Below, in pieces: positions 49,385 through 61,000 of a stretch of 64,000 bases of DNA. Positions within the stretch are counted from its first letter, which is position 1; each line of letters starts with the position of its first letter. Both the position numbers and the translations under genes were made by a program. The notes under the pieces were generated by a model. The model was not told where the DNA came from. It saw only the letters and a program-made list of their open reading frames with translations, and searched no databases. The DNA comes from Fimbriosthenelais zetlandica (lineage: Eukaryota). The stretch lies in contig OZ365113.1 in the NCBI GenBank assembly GCA_977030845.1, positions 34,286,001-34,350,000 on the forward strand, given 5' to 3'.

Positions 49385-52300
49385 ATGGACAGACTTTTGT
49401 GGACGAGTGTGTTGTTAGCTCTTTTATTGTCTGGCAAAGAAGGGTTGTGCCCTGTGCTTGCTGAGAGTGATTCTGAAGTTGTAGAAGAGGGGACGGAGAC
49501 CGGCGAGGGCGCGGAGGATGTTATCGGGGACCAGGGGTGTGGTTGCGGGAGCGCAATTAACAGAAAAGACGGGAAGAAAAATTCGATTGACAGCTGCCCT
49601 GCTAAAGATGAGGAATCCCAAAGTTGTGATATTACAAGAGAAGAATCTTCAGAAAATGTTGAAGATGTAGAGAGGACCAACCAGATGGTTTACATTGAGG
49701 TATGTGGCAAAGACTTTTGGTAAAATTTGGCCTATCAACTTTCCTGTGGTATTCCATGGCACGTGGCTAGACTAGTCATTATCAATCATTGCGATCACTT
49801 AGGCTTAGCTAAAAATAACATAACTTCAGTAGGCCTATTATAGGCCTACCAATTATGCCAATATATCGTTAAATAATACAGATTCTAGGAGTATGATACC
49901 TTAAAGCTAGGGTCTTACTTTTGCCCCACTTTTAACTAGGCACGTGGGTGTGAACTTTATTTCATTTTCGATCATTTTCCAGGCAGGATTTTATCTAGCT
50001 TATTACCAGCTGTTTCGGTCCATATATTGACTGCCCCTCGTTAGATCTTATCTTATCATGACAGTTAACATCTGCATGTATTGAGTTTAATTCGTTATCA
50101 TTCATCAGTCGTTATCATTCATCAGAATATAGGCCTAATTATCTCTATGTTCCCATATAGGCCTACATGTAGGCCCTAGGCCTAGGTGACCATGTCCGTG
50201 AACTAATGAGTGGAGTGCACGTTTAAATAATATTTATCATGTAGGCTATGCCTATAATAATAGGCCTATTATTCGTTCCTTTTAATTTTATCCAATACAC
50301 ACAAGTCGTTTCATATTGAAGTTTTTGTGTATTGCCTATGGAATTTATTATAAAGACAGAAAACTAAGACATCGTCCCCGAGGCTAGCACTAGTGTTGGC
50401 CTAGTTAGGTAGCTCTAGACCTGCCTATTCAGTGGTACTCTATCTGCCACCTCGCTCCATCAGCGCCGTAATAGCCGTGATCGTATAGTGGTTAGTACTT
50501 CTCGTTGTGGCCGAGACAACCCAGGTTCGAATCCTGGTCACGGCAGAGGCTGTGTGGTCTCTATCATGGCTGGCGCTTAACTTTTTTCCCACCCTCAGTA
50601 AATAAATTCTAAAGGAAAGATATTGTTATCATATATGAAATAATATTATTTTCTGAAGTTCAATTTGTTGTTCTAGAGCTACAATTATGATAGTCTAGCA
50701 CTAGCCTAGGCATACTCATAGGCCTAGCCAGTATAACCAGCCTTGTCCCTGTAGTCTGTACCTTGGTAGAGATTGATACTCTGGCACTCTGGCCTAGGCA
50801 TACTCATAGGCCTAGCCAGTATAACCAGCCTTGTCCCTGTAGTCTGTACCTTGGTAGAGATTGATACTCTGGCACTCTGGCCTAGGCATACTCATAGGCC
50901 TAGCCAGTATAACCAGCCTTGTCCCTGTAGTCTGTACCTTGGTAGAGATTGATACTCTGTCTACATAGGCCTAGCTTTAGATTGTGAAATTATGTACCGG
51001 TATTAAATGTCTCAAATATTAATTTGTATGGAGACGGGCATTAAAATCCTCCTAGCATAATCTACTTGATGAATATTTAAAAAAAAAACTAATTATATTT
51101 CGGCCTATAAAAGATGAATTATTTCTGATTTCAGGGTGGGACATTTATTATGGGATCTGATAAGCCTGTGCTAATGGGTGATGGAGAATCGCCTGGACGG
51201 AAGGTGACCCTCTCCTCCTACTGGTTAGACAAACATGAAGTCAGTAATGCTGAATTCCAACATTTTGTCCAAGCTACTAAATATGTCACCGAGGTAGGAT
51301 TTCCTATTCCATAAAATATTTTTTGTTTTTAAACTTCTAGTCCCTTATTCATTCAAAGTGAATTTTGTTCATAATTTTGGGTAGTGTAGGCCTACCGTAA
51401 TATATTATAGAAATATTTTCAGGCGGAGAAATTTGAGAATTCTTTTGTTCTGGAGATGTTCATCAGTAAAGAAGTTAAGAAGAGCATAACGCAAATGGTG
51501 AGAATTATTTATTTCTTTGCAATATACATAGGTTTTCTAACAAAACCTTTATTGCTAATCCTATAGAGGAAAGTGATGGGCTTGTTTCATCGCCTTAGCC
51601 GGAGCCGGCCACCTATGACCAGGTGTGGAACTGTTAACATTAATACTGTGATCTGATTGGTTGGTTCAGGTGGCGGCCGCCCCCTGGTGGCTTCCCGTGG
51701 ATGGAGCAGACTGGAGGCATCCAGAGGGTCCTGATACAAGCATAGACAAGATGTAAGACTTATATTCCATGTTCTCATATTAATAAATAAAATATTATCA
51801 GATTATTATCAGATTTATATCAGAAAATATTCAGCTGTTTATGGTGAGAGGCATGACTGTGAAAGAACCACTGCTGCCGTTCAAGAAGAGTAGCCATTGA
51901 GTACCGACAGCGTGTTTCCTTCTCGTACTGATAATGTACTGTACTGTTTTAGTATGGACCATCCAGTGGTGCATGTGTCATGGAATGATGCCACGGCTTA
52001 CTGTACATGGGCTGAGAAGCGGTTACCGACGGAGGCGGAGTGGGAACATGCCTGCCGCAATGGTAAAAAAGACAGGTAGCTGATGTTTCTTATTTGACTT
52101 TTATAAGTTTTATTTGCCTCAATTTCACACCTATTTCAGTTACCTCCTTACAATTTACGAATACAAAATCTGAGTATCAACTGCAATAATTGTACATGTG
52201 TTTTCTGTGTAATCTTTCCTAAAGTATCATATATTTGTTAACTTGAAATCTGTTAATTTCACTAGACATCATCCATGGGGAAACAATGAAACGCCTAAAA

Positions 52301-53142
52301 ACACTCACAGAATGAACATCTGGCAAGGAAAGTTTCCTGAAACCAACACTGAAGAAGATGGTTATAACAAAACAGCCCCAGTAAGTCTATTTTACACCAC
52401 TGCTATAAACTATAATCTAGTGGCCGCCATATTTGTGACAATGGTGGCCTCAAGGAGTCAAGATTGGTTCATTCTGATTGGCTAAACTAACATCATTACC
52501 TAAACATAGCGGCCTCTATAATGAACCTATCATTCTGTTAAGTGGTACTAGTATGAGATGTGTCATTATTTTAATTTTGATATATTCTCTAATTTCAGGT
52601 CACTATGTATGAAGCCCAGACTACCCACGGCCTGAAGAATATGGTGGGCAACGTCTGGGAATGGGTGCAAGACTGGTGGACGACAACCCATAAAAAACAC
52701 CACTTTACAAACCCTGTATGTCCCATTCCCACACATCTCTATTTTTATAATTTACCTGTGAAAAAATCTGATTAATTCCAACTCCTAATATAGTATAGTC
52801 TACTTGATATTTGTTGTATAATTATTCATTAAAAATTAATTTTCAGACTGGTCCCAAGGAAGGAACAGACAAAATCAAGAAGGGAGGCTCGTATATGTGT
52901 ACCAAGGTGAGTTCACATTTTTATTTCCCTGACATTTCAAATAATATGCAAATGATCATACATATTATTATAAGGTTAATTTCCAATAGATTTTTACTGA
53001 AATACGCCCGTTTTTCCAGCAATATTGTTACCGGTATCGATGTTCCGCTCGCAGTCAGAACACGCCTGATAGCTCGGCCTCTAATCTTGGTTTCCGCTGC
53101 GCTGCTGACCAACTACCCAAATACCTCCATAAAGATGAATAA
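49385..53142 (+). CDS. SUMF1: Formylglycine-generating enzyme (sulfatase-modifying factor 1), 389 aa; join(49385..49699,51135..51293,51423..51497,51670..51752,51953..52075,52266..52380,52599..52715,52847..52906,53020..53142)
   Basis: Signal-peptide-like N-terminus and CGC motif; [72 protein letters not shown] (both catalytic-loop cysteines present, so SUMF1 rather than SUMF2), [17 protein letters not shown]. Phases consistent; 1170 nt. Confidence 0.97.
50474..50545 (+). tRNA. trnH-GUG: tRNA-His (anticodon GTG), within SUMF1 intron 1
   Basis: 72 nt cloverleaf: acceptor GCCGTGA/TCACGGC, anticodon stem TCTCG/CGAGA with loop TTGTGGC, T-arm CCAGG-TTCGAAT-CCTGG; A and B boxes present. Confidence 0.97.
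50582..50587 (+). terminator. Pol III terminator (T6) of tRNA-His
   Basis: TTTTTT about 36 nt downstream of the tRNA 3' end. Confidence 0.7.
50704..50959 (+). repeat. Perfect 88-bp tandem repeat, 2.9 copies
   Basis: Unit starts at 50704, 50792 and 50880; no mismatches seen. Confidence 0.95.
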
Positions 53143-53146
53143 TACA

Positions 53147-53164
53147 AATAAAGTTATAAAATAA
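53147..53164 (+). promoter_or_regulatory. Tandem AATAAA polyadenylation signals just after the SUMF1 stop
   Basis: AATAAA at 53147-52 and 53159-64. Confidence 0.45.
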
Positions 53165-56100
53165 ATGGGGAGTTGGTGCAAAACTGGATCAAGCCCCAGT
53201 TTTTTTTAACAAGGACTGGGGATTTTTCAAATCTTTTTTTTTTTACTTAGAACTTCTACTATTCCACCCACCTCGTAGACAGGACACCCCCCCCCCCTCC
53301 CCCACCCCCACTTCAGTCTACCTAACTGTATGAATTGAATCTGCTGTGTGAATGTACAGTATTAAGGATATAAGGTTAAACAGATGTCCATGACTTGAGG
53401 TATTATTTCATCGAGGATTTTCCATGGTTTTTTGGGAGCATTCATTCTCCTTTTGAGTCATTCAGGTGTGGGGTTATTACGTTTTGGAGGTTCTATAGAA
53501 GTGAATCGGATTGTTACTATCGTGCTGATGCTACAGTAACTATTATGAGACAATTCCGTTAGATTAATATCATGAGATAATTCCGTTGCATTAATATCAT
53601 TAATTATTTTCCTACTATTTTGGAAAATTTAATTGCACATAAGGTTTGCGCCTTCAATGTTCTGAGATTGGTATGGATAGGAGATTTTGTATTTCTGATA
53701 AATGTATATTGGTAATAAAATATAAAAGTATAATTCTTTTCATTTGTTTCCCCATTAAAAGTGACTGAATGGATGAGGAAATGAATGACAAAATGAAGCA
53801 ATGAGAAACTAGTGAGTGAGAGGATATGAAAGGGAATGTGGATGGAGAAAAGCAAGAAAGAAGGTAAGTTATATCGTGATTCTAGTATTTTTCCAGTATG
53901 ATTTCACCCTTCGTTTCACACTAGGTGGTAGCACTTACTCCCAGTATGAGTAACAGTTTTCAAACCATTGGTGACGTGTGGGTCATTTTTCAATCATAAC
54001 GTGTAACACTTTATATTTTGTACTGCTGTTATGGGTTGTACTTGTTGGTTGCACATAAGTTGCCAACATAGCATGTTTGAAAACACGGTTCGGACACGAT
54101 TACTTTATAACAATGTTACCCTCATGGTAGCATTGCTGCTATTCTCGAATCTTAATTGCCCTTTTCCTGAGTATGTGGGTTAATTCTATGTTCAATTGAT
54201 GTAGATCGACCTCCATTTTAGTATATATCAGAGTAAAAATGAAGATGACATATCACGCCTCTCCATCAGTCAAAGTATTGAATCATTCTAAAGGTGTTTT
54301 TAACATCATCCCATGCTGGATGTGCCCTTTAATGAAGGCATTATTTCCTTTCATCTCTGAGACAGCCTTCTTGTTCACGTGAGAATTTAATAGCATGAAA
54401 CGCAAGGTCATAATGGAACATGAAAGCCTTGGATGTTTCAATGTAAAACTTGCCCACAAGATGCAGACATTTCATGGTGCCCCTCCCCCTGACATTTTGA
54501 CGATGTTTCTCTCACACCTTGCCAAACCTTGGATTATTATCTCCAGCATCCTTTTGTTGGTTTTAAATATCCTATTTCTCATAAACAATCAATACATGTA
54601 TTAGGGAAATATTTGAGGGGACTACTTTGTGTTGGGGGAAGGCTTGGAGGCCATTACTTTCCAGGACATTTCTTCCACAACCATCTGTATATGCATTATA
54701 TTCTTCTTCCACTTGATAAAAAATGGAGATAGGTCCGAGATATCACTCTGGAACTGAAGGGAATATATATTTGGGATAGAGGGGAAAGTGGGAAAGCACT
54801 TTGAGAGAGAAGTATAAGATAGACCTAGTTGTGATATATACTTTCTGTAGTTACACGTCTATTGTTGTAGAGATGCTATTTTTTCTATTGTCCATCAGTG
54901 TCTTACATGCCATTTACTCACACTGGGGAAAATGAACTTCACAGAGTTTTTTTAAGCGTCTAGAAAGAGCTCCAGTTAAAATAGGAGAATTCCCCTTCTG
55001 TCTTACATTTGATAGTAAAAAATGTTCTTTTATGAAAAATGATTGAATAGGGTCCTTTACTGTAAGGATTTCCATGTGGCATTTTTTAAGTCTTCCATGT
55101 ATTCATCGCTTATCTTTGAGATCTAAGTGATGATGGAAAGAGTCATAACACAGAATATAGACATGAAAGGAATGAATTTCAAGAAAGTGTTTTTTTTTCA
55201 CATGAGAGCTTATATTTCAAAGATCTGTACTACGGCTCCTATCAAACCCAACTCAGGCCAAAAAAGGTCGATTCAATGAGCAATACATTGTGACATAATG
55301 TCTTAAAAAATAGTGTTATATCCCTGTCCCTACATCCCATAATTCCCCTGAGTAATAATAAATATTCATGATCACTGATTATGATCTTTCTAATTTCCAT
55401 ATTTCTGCTAGTGTGATGTGCTAAGAATTGTACTGAAACACCTGCATCGTCTTAAAATGTCATTTTAAATGGCAAATGAATAATATTTGGTTGCCATTCT
55501 ACCGAGCAGGTGGGACGTATATCATTGTAATAGCATAACTGAATGGGCAATTTGTAAGTTGCGGTCCCTATCAAAATATTCCCATATAAATTTTGTCACA
55601 CTAACCACAAGTCGTAATGGTCGTCATAACTTGTTTTATTCGCATTAAATCACACGTTACTCGTGCTAGTACTGCTCTGCCTGGCTTGCCATAATGAGCA
55701 TGGAATCATAGAGTTCACAGGCTTATCTAGTGCAGTAGTGCAGTGCACGATTCGCACTAGGCCTACATGCCTTTTTGATGATGCCTTTCTAACATGGCCT
55801 CCTCTCGCCTGCCCCGTACAAGATCATTCATAATCATAGGGTGTGTAATGCCTTCAAAGACATAAGGACTCAAGCACTGACTGTGACCTTTGCTAAGGTC
55901 ATGATGGTAAAGAAAAAAACATCCAACAAGCTGGGGATTTCATATATGAAATTTACACACTGAAAATTTCCAATCATTTTGTTTTTGATTGAATATTTCA
56001 TAAGTGTTCTTGGTGATGAAAATCTATGTCCAATTTCTAACTATATTTTATACCAGCTGTAATATATGATTTTTACCACATCCACTGACCTTAATATGTT

Positions 56101-58047
56101 TCTCAGTATTTTTTACAATGTCTACATGTGTCCTCCCTTGCCCCTGGTCTACCTTATTGACCAGGCAGACCCCTCACGCTCATTTGCTAGCTCGTTCCCA
56201 TAGCAGCCTGTAGCAACGTGCCAAAAGGTTAAAATGTGTGAAATCTTCTACCATAATGCACTCCCCCCGGGCTCTGACCCTCCCTCAATACAATTAACGT
56301 GACTAAGGGCCATGGTGGGTTAGCAATGACCGCCTCTTTATCTCTCTATGTAAGTGTTGGTGGAGTATATAGCCAGAACGCTTGTGTCTCCAAATTGTTG
56401 AAGATGAATGACTTGGAGGGGTGTGGATGTGACTAGGGGCTCTTTAGAACCTGTTATACTGACAGAAAGCAGTGAAGACATTTCAGCTAATCAAGCTGAC
56501 TCGGTTTCAGAGCTATAAATCATTGTTTGTTCATTTAGAAAGGAAAAAAGGTAAAGGAGGAAAGGTCGAAGGAAAGGTGAATGTATCTGATAAGAATTGA
56601 TAAACTTAGAGTTATTTGAATGTGTAAAGCTTCTACACTGTTTGGATTTTTAAGGTTTCAATGTCTCATTAATTTCACACAGATTTTTTGAGGTTTCAGT
56701 GTCTCGTCACTTTCTCCTAAACATTTAAAATCTTCCAGATGGGATTGCAAAAAGAAAAGGCAATTCTAAATGGAAATCCCAAATAAATGGACCATAACTC
56801 ATCGTGCTTAAAATTTAATCCAACTTTAAATGAGCGCTGCGAAATGCTGAGGCATTTCTAGGCAGTTGGAAATAGTGGGAAGTACGTGAGAGAGTGCCTG
56901 ATGGGCGAATCTTTGTTTATGACCCAAAATGGCGGCTAAAATGTGCCTATTTACATTCCAAATGAGATGTAAATGATGAACATTGGAGAACAATTGAATT
57001 ACCAGGGATGGTCTGACAATTAAACGTTGCCTGAAATGTTATTTTTCCCAGGTCCTGTCTTAACAACATGGCTAAAGGATTCCCCCTGGAGGCGATTTCT
57101 CACTTAAAAAACGGGAACCCGACAACGGCTCCAATTTTTACTGGGAATATTCATTGCCTCCATCCGAGTGGGAAAAGTCATGAGAGAAAAGAAATAGTCC
57201 TGATGAGCGAATGACCTTTAAAAAGTCAACGTGGACTTAATGGACATTTACACTGTGAATTCTTCTACTTTACTATGTATTTTTTTAAAGTTTTGCTCCC
57301 TAACTTTAACATCATTGACCCACATGCTCCTACTCGCTTGTCAACTGCTTTTGACCTTAATTTTGGCTGCATGATGGCTATCGTTTTGGACTTGTTCAAG
57401 CCAAAGAAAGGCTGCCTCTCCACTTATAGGGGACTATCTTAGAAACCCTATACAACAAACTCAATTATGCCGTGCAAGATTCAATATTGGGGAAATACAC
57501 TGAGCCATATTCAGGGCGCCATGGGGGATGTTTCATAGAAAATCCCCAGCTATACTCACCCTAAGCTTATTGGGAAATATCCCAGAACATTTCAGGAAAC
57601 AGGCCCTGGGCATTGAACCTCCGTGGCCTCTTGCCTGGATAGGGTTGCATGGAAACCGATATGAGAAACCTAGGATAGGATAATATTGCCAATAATGTTT
57701 TTGCCTTGAAGGGTCCATGAGCACATTGCCATGCCCCATAGGGGGTTGGTTGATGGAATTTGCGTTTGCCAATGCAATTGTGTTTACAAGGATGTCTTCG
57801 AAAGCAAGTGCCCACTCTGGTCTTGTTAGTAAGCTCACACTGAGGCGATCTGCTGTCCAGTTTTATCTGCGATTAGCGACGATTTTGTACGATTGCGATT
57901 GCAATTGAAATGAAAGCCTTTGCTGTTCTATATAATGTAATGGGCCATAGAGATAAGTTCTATATGACATCTTCTTGTAATACGTTTGCACCGTGGATTG
58001 TATATGTACGTACACTAACATAAGGTAAAGTTATAAAAGCACCCAGT

Positions 58048-58069
58048 CCCCCCCCCCCCCCCCCCCCCC
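58048..58069 (+). repeat. C22 homopolymer
   Basis: Direct reading. Confidence 0.95.
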
Positions 58070-61000
58070 AAACTCATCTTACCCCCCAATGTCCAGCATT
58101 CAAACTGCATGTTGAAAGTGATGTCCGAGTGGTCAGCGAGGGCGCCATAAAGGGCCTCCCGAGGGTCAGCCGGATCACATAAGTATTGATTTGATCCTAG
58201 AGACCTCTCGCAGTTATCACGTTAGCCCGGGCTGTGTGGAGTCAGCAAGCTGGAGATAACTGAGTGAGAGATCCTTACAGTAGGCATTAAATAGTCAGCT
58301 GCTCGCACTGCCCCCTACCGGCCTCCAAATGACACCAGGCTGGCGGAGTTTGCTCAACTCAGCTCAAAGTTACTGAACATCAGAACCGCGGGAATAAACA
58401 GATTATTGGAAGGTTACTGCATCTCTCTCTGACCTACAATGACCCCGGCACCATGCACCATCGGATTATATAGTTGTGAAAAAAGGTTTATGAATCCATG
58501 AAGGAAATTTAGGAAACAGCAGGGACGGATCCAGTCTGTGGTGGATTTTGGAATGGGGAAATGGGAGGGGGTTGGGGTATCAAAGCTGAGGGTCAAAACT
58601 GTGGTACAAATAATTTGCTATTTGAGCAAAATTATCGTCTTTGAAAGGGGGTCCCACCCCACTAATCCCCCACCGATCCGTTCATGATTATTGCTTGGAA
58701 ATACCTCACCAAAAAGATTGATATGTAAGCCTTTCCAAATGTGCTATTCAATACCTGGGGAAAGTAAGAAAGGAAGGAAAGAGTCGTCCGAGAAAATATT
58801 GATTTTCATTCATTCGGTGAATTGCTTACAAGTGGGCGATTCAGACTATTTCTCAATAGTTTGAATAGAGAAGACTTGGTCTGAAGGACTGAGGTAATGC
58901 TAGGTGGCACGGTCAGGGTTATCTGAGTCTAGCACCCCTGTCCCCAGTCACATACACTTTCTGCTGACTATAGAGACCCTCTAATAGAAACTGCTAGGAA
59001 CTATTTTGGAAATAAAATTGACGGTTTAAGAAATTTTAATTTTCCCAGGGAACATGATTTCACAAAAGGGAGTTTTTATATCCTGTGAGTTTAATTTTTT
59101 AAATGGTGAACAGTTTCATCTGATGAAAAAAAAATTGTCTTGACCATAATGATTTTCCTGAGATTTTAAAACAGAAATGTTTCACACACCATTCATATTC
59201 GTTTATACTTTCTGGCAAAAAAGCCATGGAAATATGGAACAATCACACTGGGCTTCATCAATGAAAGTGGAAATATTGAATGGATCTTGTTAAATAAACC
59301 AAAAAGGGAATTCTCCTTCATGAATGTTAACAATTGTTGTGAGAACAATTCCGAGCGAATAAAAAAAACATTGGAAAAATGGAAGAAAAACAGGTCTGAG
59401 CTTCCATTTCAAATTTGCCAGGCATTTTAAAGCCATCTCAGATCTGCAGCATCCGGGGCTTTTCACCGTCATAAACATCCCCCTCTCCCATCAATTACTG
59501 TAATTATCCAATTATTCAGATTTCCCTGCCGCATGTAATCCTAAATTTCCCCACAAAATACAATCACTGGCTTCGGCTTTGACAGAATGCAAGGCGTGAG
59601 ATGGGCTCGTTTGGATGAAAGGCAGAAGGCAGGGGTGAGGGTTATATGGTTTCTGGCCAGGATCTAGAGCATTCATGCTGTGTCCCACCTCTGAGGATCA
59701 AGGTAAATGGCCATTCACCACTACATCCATATATCAAGCTCTCATCCACTATATCCCAATTAAAAGCCTACAATCATGTCTGTAAAGCCATAAGCTTTAA
59801 AAGCCACCCCACATTTCACCTAGAGAATTGTTCAATCTTTTTATAATCGCTTTCCAAGCTGGTTTGAAGCAAAATGATGATGCTTTGGAATGAATCCATT
59901 TTCTATTAAGATGGCCTCCATTCTCTTTCTCCTTCTAGTTGCTACAAAATGCAAATGGGGGTAATTTACTGTGCTGGAAATATCAGCGCATTGAGTACAC
60001 TGAGTTAGACTGCCTCCACCAACCTCACATTCACGTTATTAGTGGGTGAAACGTGATGCCCAATTCCCAAATTACTACAAATGGAATATGCAAATTGCAC
60101 TTTGATAGTAAAAAGAGAAAGGGAATTGGATAGGTATAATTCTAAATGTCGAAGGCTTTCATTTCAAAGAAGCTTCAACACCTCTGCTGTATTCTGTATT
60201 TGAATGGGAAAATGTCTATTTAGTATTGGATTATGAACATTTTGATCTTGACTTAAATCTTTACAATGTATATCCCTACATGCCTTATAGGCAAGATCAC
60301 AATAGAATTGCAAGGATTTATAAAACAATAAATTTATTCAAAGTTCATACAGAAAATCCCCGTCATTAGAACCATGTATGCATGTATTTCTAAATGGGAT
60401 GTTCGAGTTAATGAGGTTCTCTTTATAATGGTAAGGACTTAAGCGAGGTTTTTCTGTCCTTATCTTCTTATCATTGCTTTCCATTCTCCTGAATTTAGTG
60501 CAATTACGAGCATATCATGTCTCATATAAAACTAATTTAATAGTGTTATGTAACACGTACTCGGTGGAGAATTTCAAAATTGCACTTGAAAAAAACTTCT
60601 TTCTCGGTGTTTTAATGCATCGGGTGGCGAATAACACATCCACACAATCCCGAAGAGCTGTGCTTTTTAGCCAGCAAACTCTGGCTTTTTAACGTGGAAT
60701 GGGAAAAGCATGAGCTCTCTTGGCGCTTCTAGGGCTGGGAAGTGTGTTGGCAACAACCTCGGTATATGGCCTCAGCACATCTTCATTCCAATAGACGGGC
60801 CGAGGCAGGAGTCCTCGGGGGAGGTGCTTCAATGAATGGGGCAGGGAAAGGCGCCAGAACGTGAATCATCATGTTGTGGTCAAGCAGAAGAAGTCTTACT
60901 GATAAATATTTAATTAAAGGAATCTTAAATGAAAACGTCCTCACATGTCAGTTTGATTCTTATGGGAATTGATATGAACATTTCATATGGTGACTCATCA

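Noticed and set aside
48852-49680. Small ORFs in the promoter and antisense to SUMF1 exon 1
   Set aside because: Explained by GC-rich repeats and antisense shadows of real coding sequence.
52847-53142. SUMF2 (pFGE) identity
   Set aside because: Both catalytic-loop cysteines (YMC...YC) and the N-terminal CGC motif are present, which indicates SUMF1.
57533-57908. Cluster of overlapping ORFs (101, 82 and 63 aa)
   Set aside because: No domain recognised and no splice-consistent model.
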